From Candidatus Sulfopaludibacter sp. (GTDB lineage Bacteria > Verrucomicrobiota > Verrucomicrobiia > Limisphaerales > UBA11358), in assembly GCA_035508155.1 (NCBI GenBank), contig DATJNM010000060.1, positions 40,542 to 104,541 on the forward strand: a stretch of 64,000 bases of DNA, in the 5' to 3' direction. This document shows positions 17,702-27,437 of this stretch, piece by piece. The notes under the pieces are model-generated. The model had not been told where the DNA came from. It ran no database searches and saw only the letters and a list, made by a program, of their open reading frames with translations. Within the stretch, counting starts at the first letter, position 1. Every line of letters begins with the position of its first letter. Both the position numbers and the translations under genes were made by a program.

Positions 17702-18244
17702 GTGAAAGAAGTGGACTACGAGCAAGCGGTGAATTCCTTTTACGAAGGATTATACCGTTTTGCCTTCAGCCTGTGCGGCAATACGGATGATGCCTGCGAA
17801 TTGACACAGGAAACCTATGCGCGGCTGCTCACCAAAGGAGGGCAGTTGAGGGACCGTTCTAAAATGAAGGCATGGCTGTTCACCACGCTGTATCGTGTTT
17901 ACCTCGGCTGGAAACGCCGCGAGACGCGGCATCCGCATCTGGAAATCAACAGCGTCGAGGACGAACTGCCGCCAGTGACACCGGAAATCGTGGACAAACT
18001 TGAGGCTGAGGCCGTAAGCCGGTCGTTACTGGCTCTTGAAGAGCTGTATCGCGTGCCTCTTGCACTTCACTATTTCGAGAATCATTCCTATCGGGAAATT
18101 TCCAAACTGCTCGATATTCCCGTTGGCACGATCATGTCGCGCCTCTCGCGCGGGAAGGAACTGATGCGCAAGTCGCTTGCCGCGAAATCAATCAACGCGG
18201 AACGCAAGGTTATCTCCATCAACCCGGAAATGCGGAGGAACTGA
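17702..18244 (+). CDS. ECF-type RNA polymerase sigma-70 family factor
   Basis: Region 2 (FYEGLYRFAFSLCGNTDDACELTQETYARL) and region 4 HTH (SYREISKLLDIPVGTIMSRLSRGKELM). Confidence 0.9.
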   Translation: MKEVDYEQAVNSFYEGLYRFAFSLCGNTDDACELTQETYARLLTKGGQLRDRSKMKAWLFTTLYRVYLGWKRRETRHPHLEINSVEDELPPVTPEIVDKLEAEAVSRSLLALEELYRVPLALHYFENHSYREISKLLDIPVGTIMSRLSRGKELMRKSLAAKSINAERKVISINPEMRRN

Positions 18245-18248
18245 CGAT

Positions 18249-19010
18249 ATGATGAACAATCAGGAAGCCAAATTGATTTTGCAGGCGTATCGCGCCGATG
18301 GACAGGATGCATCCGATCCACTATTCGCCGGGGCGCTCGAACAGGTCCGGCGCGACCCGGAATTGCAAAAGTGGTTCGCGCAGCAAAACTCGCTGGATGT
18401 CCGGGTGCAAGCCCGGCTGGAAATGGCCATCCCGGTTCCGCGTGGATTGAAATCCGACTTGCTCGCGCTGCAAAAAATTTCGCATCCGGCACCCTGGCGG
18501 CCGTGGTGGTTTCATCCGATGAAGCTGGCGGCGGCCGCGGCGGTGGTATTGCTGCTGGGCTTGGCCGCATTTTTTCTATACCCGCGACCGCAAACGCGGC
18601 TCGTCTCATTCCGTGCAACGATGGCACACTATTCGGCGCAGGAACAGGGGCACATCACTTTTGAGTCGCACGACTTGGCGAAGATTCAGGAATGGCTTCA
18701 AGGCCAAGGCACCGAAACCAATTTTGATTTACCTGCCGCGCTGCCGGGCCGTTCGGCGCAGGGCTGCCGCGTCGTTGACTGGAACGGACACAAAGCCACA
18801 ATGCTTTGTTTCATCCTTGATGGCGAGCACATGGATCTGTTTGTCCTGGATCGCACCGGCTTGCCGGATTTGCCTGACAACGGCACGCCGCAATATGCCA
18901 GGGCCGGCGGTTTAATGACGGCTGCCTGGTCAAAAGGCGGAAAGGTTTATCTGCTGACGGGCGAGAACAAGGAAGTTTTGCAAAATGTTCTCCAGCAATC
19001 ATCCATTTAA
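18249..19010 (+). CDS. Putative membrane anti-sigma factor
   Basis: Starts 4 nt after the sigma factor stop (MMNNQEAKLIL...). It has a single TM helix (MKLAAAAAVVLLLGLAAFFLY) separating a short cytoplasmic part from a periplasmic part. Function is inferred from position only. Confidence 0.6.
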   Translation: MMNNQEAKLILQAYRADGQDASDPLFAGALEQVRRDPELQKWFAQQNSLDVRVQARLEMAIPVPRGLKSDLLALQKISHPAPWRPWWFHPMKLAAAAAVVLLLGLAAFFLYPRPQTRLVSFRATMAHYSAQEQGHITFESHDLAKIQEWLQGQGTETNFDLPAALPGRSAQGCRVVDWNGHKATMLCFILDGEHMDLFVLDRTGLPDLPDNGTPQYARAGGLMTAAWSKGGKVYLLTGENKEVLQNVLQQSSI

Positions 19011-19465
19011 CCATACCATTGAAAGTTTGGCCGGACTCGTCGATGGATCACTTCAATGTGTGTCGGTGCAGCAAATTACCCGTGCTGCTGCGAGCGGGGA
19101 CACTGGCCGAGGGAAAGCTGGCAAAAGACCGCAAAAAGTGAGATGAAGGGTGTAAAGGAAACTGCAGGGGGAATTGAAATAAAACTGTTACTGATCCGTC
19201 AGTATTTGTTACGCCACTGTTACCGCTCATCCTACGCCGTGCGCCGGTGTCGTGCCAAGCGTGTTGTGAACCTTGCACCGGTTGCATGCCGTCACAAATA
19301 ACTTTACCACTGCGATTGCTCTACCGACGGCCAATGGCCGGCTCCACGAACATTTTGGCGGCCGGCGGGAAGTCACTTTTGTTCAAACGGACCGGGGAAC
19401 GGATAACCCTTAATCAACGCGCAGTGGTTCCGCCTCCGCACGGGCCTGGACTTTTTCCGCGCCGG

Positions 19466-21481
19466 TTAATTTGCTGGCGGCGGTTTCAGCGCACGCAAAT
19501 TGGCCAATTGCGCCGGCGAAAGAAAATTCAAGCCGATTTCAAACGAGGCGTTCATCCAACCGAAACCCTCCGGCGCAATGTAGGAAAACTTCGTCCCGAC
19601 GTTGCCGTATTCGACAAAGACGTCGTGCGATCCGGTGACGACGTTGTATTTTTCTGGAATCACGCCGTTGTAGTCGTGCGCGTTCCGAGCGATGCAGTAG
19701 AGCCAGCGGTAGGCCAGCCGCCCGGCGTCGGTGTCCAATCCGTAATTTCTGAAGCCCTGCCAAGCAAGCATCTGGTGCGGCGCCCAGCCGTAGGGATAAT
19801 CCCATTGCCGCGAGTCATGGGTCCGGGCGGACGCTACGGATTCCTTCGCGGTCGCCGAAAGGCCGGCGAACTGCTCCAACTTTTCGCAGGCAAAGGCAGC
19901 AACCCGCTTCGCGCGCCCCCTGTCCTTCAGATTGTTCGTATCGAACATGTTCGCCCAGAGGGGCCACAGGCCAGTCGCGCTGATGTAGGTCGAACGCCGG
20001 TGATTGACGAAATCGTAGTCGAAGAAGTAACCGAGTTTTTCGTCCCACATCAAGCCCATCATTGCCGCCTTGCGTTTGAAAGCCTGCTGTCGCCAGAATT
20101 CTGCATTCGCCGGCTCGCCGCTGACGCCGGGCAGCTTGCCGCCGAATTGCGTTTCAATCAAATCGGCAAAATCCGTTTCGTATTTGTAAAGCAACGAATT
20201 CAAGTCCACGGAAACGAAATCCGTAGTGCGGTCATTAAAGCGGTGTGTCGTATCGTGACCCGATTCACGCAACGCCCGATCGTTCTTGAAAAAATCGGCA
20301 AGCGTCATGCCGCCGACTTTCAAGTCCGCGAATTGGCCGCAGTATAGGTATTCGTTCAGGAACCGGTAGGGTGTGAGGGGGAGCTCCGGGTCTCCCGGCT
20401 TGACCAGCTTCAGCCACGGCCGAATTTTTTCGTCGTAATGGCCGGGTTCCACTTCCGGGCAGGGACCGTTGCCCTCGCCGTAATAGCGGCTCAATTCAAA
20501 AGGGCCAATCTTCACCAACCGGCAGGAACCGAGCCAGACCGTTTCGTATTCTGTCATTGCGATTTTCAGTGCTGCTGCCAGCCACGTCTTGTCCGCCGCG
20601 CCGGATTCATAAACCGCGCGGATGATGCTGGTCAGGAACGGCGGCTGCGAGCGGGTGAGATAATACGTGCGATTGGCATTGGGAATTTTTCCATAGTAAC
20701 GGACCTCGTAAAGGAGATTGTCCGCCATGCCGCGCGCGAGGTTGGTGCGGCCAACTTGCAGTAAACCGAGCGTGATGAAGTAGCTGTCCCAGCCATACAA
20801 CTCATTAAAACGCCCTCCGGGCACAACGTATGGCACGCCGCTGATCTTGCCGTCGGCGTTTGTTTCCAGAGCCAGCGACAGAATGCCGTGTTCGCCGTCG
20901 AGGTTACGGACAAACGCGCCGGAGATTTTGGCTGGCGCGGGCAGCAGCCGGACTTTGAGCGGAGGCGAACGGTGTTGTTCGCCAGCAGTTTTTGCGACAG
21001 CTGCAAAATAATTCACCGCCGCCGTGTCCGCGCCAGGCACGTAAATGTAATCCGCTTTGGAAACGACTTTCGGATCGTGGACAACTTGGTCAATGTGCGC
21101 CGCATCAATCTGCCGCGTCAAGGCATCCCAATAAACGTCTTTGATAAGCCGATGCGTGCGGTCCACGATGTTTTCGTCCAGCCGGAGTTGGTCGAGGGAA
21201 ATTTCTGACGCATGGTTGTCCTCCGCCTGCTTGAGCTCCTGCAACAGCACGGACAATTGATATTCATTCGTTACGGCGCGCACGCCCACACCGTTTTGGT
21301 TGAGGATTTCAAACGGCGTGATGTGATCGTGGACAGTGATTTTCTTGTCGCCGTCCGTGTCCTCCTGGGCGGCAAGCCGCCAGAGATTGTCAACGACGGG
21401 CACGCTTTGGCAGAAGGCGGATACAGGGGCAACCAACCAGGCAAGAAGCGCAACCAACAAAAAGCGAAGTGACCTTTTCAC
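19466..21481 (-). CDS. treA: Periplasmic alpha,alpha-trehalase (GH37)
   Basis: Both GH37 signatures are present: PGGRFNELYGWDSYF and QWDYPYGWAPHQ. Signal peptide MKRSLRFLLVALLAWLVAPVSA. Confidence 0.92.
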   Translation of the reverse strand: MKRSLRFLLVALLAWLVAPVSAFCQSVPVVDNLWRLAAQEDTDGDKKITVHDHITPFEILNQNGVGVRAVTNEYQLSVLLQELKQAEDNHASEISLDQLRLDENIVDRTHRLIKDVYWDALTRQIDAAHIDQVVHDPKVVSKADYIYVPGADTAAVNYFAAVAKTAGEQHRSPPLKVRLLPAPAKISGAFVRNLDGEHGILSLALETNADGKISGVPYVVPGGRFNELYGWDSYFITLGLLQVGRTNLARGMADNLLYEVRYYGKIPNANRTYYLTRSQPPFLTSIIRAVYESGAADKTWLAAALKIAMTEYETVWLGSCRLVKIGPFELSRYYGEGNGPCPEVEPGHYDEKIRPWLKLVKPGDPELPLTPYRFLNEYLYCGQFADLKVGGMTLADFFKNDRALRESGHDTTHRFNDRTTDFVSVDLNSLLYKYETDFADLIETQFGGKLPGVSGEPANAEFWRQQAFKRKAAMMGLMWDEKLGYFFDYDFVNHRRSTYISATGLWPLWANMFDTNNLKDRGRAKRVAAFACEKLEQFAGLSATAKESVASARTHDSRQWDYPYGWAPHQMLAWQGFRNYGLDTDAGRLAYRWLYCIARNAHDYNGVIPEKYNVVTGSHDVFVEYGNVGTKFSYIAPEGFGWMNASFEIGLNFLSPAQLANLRALKPPPAN

Positions 21482-22902
21482 GGTTTTGGCAGTGCGTCGG
21501 CATTCACCCCGCCAATGCGCGTGCGGAAGTGCGGCAGGCTGTGCGGATGGTGTTGCTGAACCCAGGCGATGAGCTTCTCGCGGATATCGCAGCGCAAATC
21601 CCAGGATTGGGAGGAATCGGCAGCCGTGGCTAGTACCCGGATTTGCATCGTTTTTTCCGTGGCGTCAGTCACCTGCAAATTCCAAAAGCGTTTATCCCAA
21701 AGCGCATTCGGCTCGATGATTTCCTTGAGCGCCTTGCGCGTCTCGTCGAGCGGCAGTGAATAATCCACCCAAACGAACACCGAGCCGAGCAGGTCGGCGG
21801 AGGTGCGCGTCCAGTTTTGGAAGGGTTTTTCGATGAAGTAACTCAACGGCACGACCAGCCGGCGGTCGTCCCAGATGTGGATGATTACGTAAGTCAGGGT
21901 GATTTCTTCGACTCGTCCCCATTCGCCCTCGACGATGACGACGTCGTCGAGCCGGATGGGCTGGGTCATGGCGAGTTGGAAGCCGGCGAACAGATTTGCA
22001 ATCGTCTTTTGCGCGGCAAAACCGAGGACGATGCCAATGACGCCCGCCGAGGCGAGGATGCTTGTGCCGAAGCGTCGCACTTCCTCGAACAGCATCAGAA
22101 TGGATGCCACTGCGAACAGGCCGATGATGACGTAAAGTGTTTTGCTGATGACGTGGACCTGGGTATAGATCTTTCGGGCTTGGAGGTTGTCGGCGACATT
22201 AATGTCGTATTCTGTCAAAACAGCTTTTTCACCGAGGTTCACAGCTTGAAAGGCAATCAGCGCCACGGCCACAATCAGGAGGATGCTGGTGCCTTTGGCC
22301 AGAAGCCCGGCGTATTCGGCGGGCAGGCCAAGAAGCGGCAGAGCCAAAATGATTCCGACGACCGGCACAATCACACGCAGACTCTTGCCCACCAACGGTA
22401 CGAACAGGTCGTCGAGCTTGCTTTCAGTCTTGGCAGCGAAGGCAGCCAGCCGCAGTTCCAAAACACGGGTGAAACGGAAAAACAGCCAGAATACCACCGC
22501 AAATACGCCGAGGTCAAAAAGCTTGTCAAAAAATTCGCGTACAACGTGCAAGCCTTCATCGGGCGGCAGTTTCGATAATAGCGGCGTGGCCGACACGTAA
22601 ATGCCGTAAATCCAGATCAGCAGGTAAAGTGGCCTGCCCAGCGCGTGAAAAACATGATGGCGCACTTGCTTCGATTCAGATCGGGCCGTATCATGGATTT
22701 TACGCCGGAGGAAGGCGACGGCGAGGCCGTTCACGAGCAGAGCAACCAGCAGGAAACACAGCGTCGCGCCAAGGTCTGCCCACGTCACGGCGCCGAACGC
22801 CACACGGTCCGCACCGGGGCCGAAGACTTCTTCGATCGCGCGGACCAGCAGCGCCGTCATTGCGCCAGCGGCGTTAAATGAATCATTTCCAGGCATGGTC
22901 AT
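21478..22902 (-). CDS. Mechanosensitive ion channel (MscS family) protein
   Basis: Several N-terminal TM helices, then the MscS core QKTIANLFAGFQLAMTQPIRLDDVVIVEGEWGRVEEITLTYV. It overlaps the trehalase start by 4 nt. Confidence 0.88.
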   Translation of the reverse strand: MTMPGNDSFNAAGAMTALLVRAIEEVFGPGADRVAFGAVTWADLGATLCFLLVALLVNGLAVAFLRRKIHDTARSESKQVRHHVFHALGRPLYLLIWIYGIYVSATPLLSKLPPDEGLHVVREFFDKLFDLGVFAVVFWLFFRFTRVLELRLAAFAAKTESKLDDLFVPLVGKSLRVIVPVVGIILALPLLGLPAEYAGLLAKGTSILLIVAVALIAFQAVNLGEKAVLTEYDINVADNLQARKIYTQVHVISKTLYVIIGLFAVASILMLFEEVRRFGTSILASAGVIGIVLGFAAQKTIANLFAGFQLAMTQPIRLDDVVIVEGEWGRVEEITLTYVIIHIWDDRRLVVPLSYFIEKPFQNWTRTSADLLGSVFVWVDYSLPLDETRKALKEIIEPNALWDKRFWNLQVTDATEKTMQIRVLATAADSSQSWDLRCDIREKLIAWVQQHHPHSLPHFRTRIGGVNADALPKP

Positions 22903-22918
22903 GTTTGCAATTGGGTTA

Positions 22919-25157
22919 TTAAGGCATTGCGCCAGCGGTGACTTTTTCGCGTTGTTCCGCGCCCAGCTCGCGGAGTATCCGCCGTACGGCCGTGTGGTTG
23001 CTCAAGTAGTATCGCGCGGCAGTGTTGGCCAGTCCGACGCGAACGGAATAGGCAGTGGGTGGTAACGCGCGAAACAAATCCTCGTCCGTCCAATCATCGC
23101 CGATGCCCACGATGAAATCCGGCGCGTTGTCCGTGAGCCATTCCAACGCCGCCGTGCCCTTGTTGACGCCAGTGTTGCGGATTTCGATGACCTTGTTGCC
23201 TTCAAACACCTGCACATCAATGTTGCGGGTGTAACCGGACAAATCGTCCACCAACTCCTTCGCGCGCAGGGACGCCTGTTCGGGGTCCGCCTGACGATAA
23301 TGCCACGCGAGTGAAAATTCCTTCTCCTCAAGCAACGCGCCCGGCAACCGATCAACGTAAAGCGGGAGAATCGGGCGCACGCGCTCCTTCCATTCAGTCG
23401 TCATGTTTTTCAGCATGCGCCATTCCCCCCGTTTGCAACGCAGCCAGACGCCGTCTTCAGCGACCAGCGCGACTGGCAAACGACCGAACCATTCCTCCAA
23501 ATCGTGCCGGGGCCGGCCGCTGATGATGACCACGTCATTGGTGGAATCGTTCGCCAGCGTCGAGAGCAATTCCAGCAATTCCGCGTCCGGTCGCGCCAGT
23601 TGGGGTTCCGCAGCGAACGGCACCAGCGTGCCATCGTAGTCCAGCAACAGGGATCGCCGCGCTGCCAAGCGATATTGTTGCCCTAATGCGGTGAGCGCCT
23701 TGCCCGTCAGCAACCGCGCCCGTCTCGCCGCTTCAATTTTATGTGTGGACACCATTGCTTGGACAAATTCATTCGCCCAGCGGTTCACATTGTAGCGCCG
23801 CAATCGTTCTTGAAGAATCTGGTTACGCCGGACTTGTTCCTCGACCGGCATGGTCAGGGCTTGTTCCAGCGCGTGGGCAAAATCCTCCAGATGCACCGGA
23901 TTGATGATGATGGCTTCGCCCATTTCCTTCGCCGCGCCGGCCATTTCGCTCAACACCAGCACGCCCTTTTGGTCGGAGCACGACGCAACGAATTCCTTGG
24001 CCACCAGATTCATCCCATCGCGCACCGGCGTAATCAACGCCACGTCGCACAGCCGGTAGAGCGCCACGATTTCCTCGAACGACAGATTGCGGAACTGAAA
24101 AATCAGCGCGTCCAATGCACGTTGCCGTAGGCGCCGGCAATGCGGCCCACCGTCTGTTCCAGTTCCAGCTTCATGGATTGGTAACTCTCCGCCGCTACGC
24201 GCGACGGCGCGACGGAAATGATGAAGACGACCTTGCCGTGCCATCGCGGGTTTTTTTTCAAAAACAAGTCGTAGCCGCGCAGGCGGTTAACAAGCCCCTT
24301 GGTATAATCCAGCCGGTCCACGGGAAAAATAACCTTTTGGCCGAGGCACTGGTTCCGCAGCTCTGCCACTCGTGCCTCGGTTTCAGGTAATTGCGCCGCC
24401 TTGGCGAACCTTTCGAAATCCACGCCCATTGGAAACGTGTCCACCTTCACCACTCGATCGCGCAGCGCGAGGATGCCCAGTTGATGCTCGTAGCCGCACG
24501 TGCGCAGCGTCGAGGTCAAAAACTCGCGCGTGTAATCGTGCGTATGAAATCCCACCAGACTGGCGCCCAGCAGGCCTTCGATGATTTCCTCGCGCCAGGC
24601 CCGCGGCACCAACCGGAAGACCTCGTAGGAAGGGAACGGGATGTGCAGGAAGAAGCCGATCGGCATTTCGGGGAATTTCTCGCGTATCAATTTCGGCAGC
24701 AACATGAAGTGGTAGTCATGGACCCAGACCATGTCATCCGGCTTCAGTGCGTTCACCACCGCCTCGCCGAAAATGCGGTTCACGTTTCGGTATTCCTGCC
24801 AATTCTCCTCCACGTAATGTGTCAGCGACTGGAAATAATGGAAGAGCGGCCAGATAGTCTTGTTGCAAAAACCGTGGTAAAACCGCTCCATACTTTTTCC
24901 TCCGGCAGAAAAACCGGACAGCACTTGAAATGCTGTTCTGCGAAGGTCCGCACCGCCGCTTCCTGTTCCGGCGGGATGCTGGCACCCGGCCAACCCAGCC
25001 AGAAATAATCGGGATTGCTCGATGCGCCCGCCGTGGACTGCCGCAAACAGCTTGCCAGCCCGGTGCTCAACCCGTCCGAACTGGCATTAAATTTCGGCGC
25101 TCCGTGTTCGAAGGAAACCGTAAAGGGCAACCGATTTGAAACGACAACCAAACGCAT
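22919..25157 (-). pseudogene. otsAB: Bifunctional trehalose-6-phosphate synthase/phosphatase (otsA-otsB fusion) interrupted by two 1-nt deletions
   Basis: The protein is spread over three frames. The first runs from MRLVVVSNRLPF...PVFLPEEK (from 25157). The second runs ...MERFYHGFCNKTIWPLFHYF...GNVHWT. The third runs LIFQFRNLSFEEIVALYRLCDVALITPVRDGMNLVAKEF...LLLDYDGTLVPF (HAD phosphatase) to the stop at 22919. The shifts map to the T5 run at 24894-24898 and to acgcgctg at ~24103-24112, where restoring one C gives the conserved WTPL. Confidence 0.75.
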
Positions 25158-25282
25158 AAATAAATTTTCGTAAAATTTCAGCGATTGTCCAAGCCATTCG
25201 GCCGGACATTTCAAAAAAGTTTGCACGGGCGGGCGCGAGGATTCCTTGAATTGCGCGGCGGATTTGCGAATATATTGGCGAC

Positions 25283-27004
25283 GTGTTTGTTTTAACATCA
25301 TCGGGTTATTTTGGGAAGCTGCCTCCCAACACCCGCAACATTCTGCAGACCTGTCTTTATGGGCTTGTTGCGGGATTGGCGGTGGTTGCATTTCAACTGC
25401 TGATCAATCTGTTGTATAACGCGACCTTCGCGAGGCTGGCGGCGCTGTCCTCTCCGGCATTTCTGATTGGTAGTTTTGGCGTGATGGTTACCACCGCGCT
25501 GGCGGCCGGCTATTTGCTGAATTCGTTTTGCCAGGAGGCAGCCGGCAGCGGTATTCCGCAAGCCAAAGTGGCCTTCTGGAAAGATTTTGGCGTAATTCCG
25601 TGGCGTGCGGTGTGGGTAAAGTTTTTGGCCGGCATTTTGAGCATCGGTGGGGGCAGCAGTCTCGGACGGGAAGGGCCGAGCGTTCATGTCGCCGCCGGAG
25701 CGGCATCACAGCTGGCGGGCTTGACCGGCGAGGCGAAACAAAACCGGCGACGCGCAACCGCGGCGGGCGCAGCGGCGGGCTTGGCAGCGGCCTTCAATAC
25801 GCCGATTGCAGCAGTAACGTTCGTGCTGGAGGAAATCATCCAGGACTTGAACAGCAATCTCCTGGGCAGCGTCCTGCTGGCGTCGGTGATTGGGGCGCTG
25901 ATCGTGCACGGTCTGGTCGGTCGGCAACCGGCATTTTCCATCGCGAATATCGAAGCGCCGACGTGGCGGGCGTATGTGCTGACTCCCTTCGCCGCCGCGC
26001 TGGCGAGTTTGGCGGGTATCTTCTTTCAAAAGGCGACGCTGGACTTGCGCGCACAGCAGCGGCGTGTGGCCAGAGTTCCCGGCTGGCTTAAACCGGCCAT
26101 CGGCGCAACGCTGGCATGGGGCGTTGGCGCTTCGGTCTTTCTTCTCACCGGGCACCTCGGCGTGTTTGGCTTGGGTTATGGCGATCTGACCGCCGGATTG
26201 AATCAGCAGTTGCCTTGGGACATTGCCGGAATCTTGCTGGTCGCGAAATTGCTGGCGACAGTTCTTTGTTATGGGTTGGGCGGCTGCGGCGGAATTTTTT
26301 CGCCGACGCTGTTTTTCGGGGGTATGAGCGGTTTGCTGCTGGCGGGTGTAGTCGGGTTGATCACACCATTGCCAACCGAAGACACGCTCACGCTGGCGGT
26401 TGTCGGCATGAGCGCCTGCCTAGGCGCGGTCGTGCGTGCGCCGGTGACGGGCATCCTCATCGTGTTTGAAATGACCCACGAATTTTCACTTGTGCCGGCG
26501 CTGATGATCGGTGCGCTGGTCAGTCAAGGCATTGGGCGTCGCATGACGCGTGCGAATTTCTACGACGCCATTCTGGAACAGGACGGCCACAAGCTGGAGA
26601 AGTTGCTTCCGCCGCGCGATATGCGGAGTTGGCAAAAGCTGCCCGTCTCGACCATCGCCAATTTTCAACCGGTTGTCCTGAACAGCTTGGAACCGGCGGC
26701 GATGGGAAAAATCCTGAAGGCCCACGCCTATGCCTGTTTTCCCGTGATACAGGAAGGCAAACTCAGCGGCATTGCCTCGCGCGGCGAAATGACCGACGCC
26801 GTTGCGGAAAACCGTGCGCCTAAACTGGCTCCGATTGTTCGCTGCGAACCGCGTCAGACCATTCGCGAGTTACAGGTCAAGCTCATCGAATCACCGACTG
26901 GCATGGCGATGGTATGCGATCCCACGGACGGCAAGTTGCTTGGCTTGGTCACGCTGCACGATTTGCTTCGGGCTCAAAATAACGCCGCCGAGAGCAGTCT
27001 TTGA
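25283..27004 (+). CDS. ClC-family chloride channel/antiporter with C-terminal CBS pair
   Basis: ClC selectivity motifs GSGIPQ, GREGP and GIFSPTLFFG. The C-terminal ~150 aa look like a CBS pair. The start (GTG 25283) is uncertain. Confidence 0.88.
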   Translation: MFVLTSSGYFGKLPPNTRNILQTCLYGLVAGLAVVAFQLLINLLYNATFARLAALSSPAFLIGSFGVMVTTALAAGYLLNSFCQEAAGSGIPQAKVAFWKDFGVIPWRAVWVKFLAGILSIGGGSSLGREGPSVHVAAGAASQLAGLTGEAKQNRRRATAAGAAAGLAAAFNTPIAAVTFVLEEIIQDLNSNLLGSVLLASVIGALIVHGLVGRQPAFSIANIEAPTWRAYVLTPFAAALASLAGIFFQKATLDLRAQQRRVARVPGWLKPAIGATLAWGVGASVFLLTGHLGVFGLGYGDLTAGLNQQLPWDIAGILLVAKLLATVLCYGLGGCGGIFSPTLFFGGMSGLLLAGVVGLITPLPTEDTLTLAVVGMSACLGAVVRAPVTGILIVFEMTHEFSLVPALMIGALVSQGIGRRMTRANFYDAILEQDGHKLEKLLPPRDMRSWQKLPVSTIANFQPVVLNSLEPAAMGKILKAHAYACFPVIQEGKLSGIASRGEMTDAVAENRAPKLAPIVRCEPRQTIRELQVKLIESPTGMAMVCDPTDGKLLGLVTLHDLLRAQNNAAESSL

Positions 27005-27437
27005 ATGGGGGTACGTCAAATGACCTCGAGCAAAACAATAGTGGAAATTAGCAAGGTGATGGCGGACGGCTGGTGAACGAATGCTGACAAATTGTTCTTG
27101 CTGGCCGGGAAACGCCTTCTAAAACTTGGCGCAACTGGATTCCTCGTAACGACAGTAGATATCACACAAGGCACACCAAATCAGTAAGCGGTTGCGCCAG
27201 GGACAGCAAAGCTGCTGAGGTTTGCAGAGCATGATATTCCGGTTTTGATGGCGGTTGGGAAAGTCACGCTTTTGGGCGATCCGTTCCGAATGCCTCAAAA
27301 TGGTTTGCGACGGTCGAGGTCCTCCAACTGGCAACGGACCGGGATCGGCTGCACAAGGCTACGTAAGAAGTTTCAGAACTTTGCGCGACAGAAACGTGAG
27401 CGCTGCGTAGGCTCCTTGGCGAGAGATTGAAACGGAG

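Noticed and set aside
25158-25282. Possible fluoride (crcB-type) riboswitch upstream of the ClC gene.
   Set aside because: The leader shows none of the conserved riboswitch segments I can recall. The channel is also a long CBS-containing ClC, not the short ClC-F type associated with fluoride riboswitches.
27119-27334. 71-aa Cys-rich ORF (…LCKPQQLCCPWRNRLLIWCALCDIYCRYEESSCAKF) in the gap before the PEP-CTERM gene. I considered a zinc-ribbon or IS remnant.
   Set aside because: It has only a TTG start and no recognisable family. There are no terminal inverted repeats or transposase nearby. I cannot support it as a gene or mobile-element relic from sequence alone.
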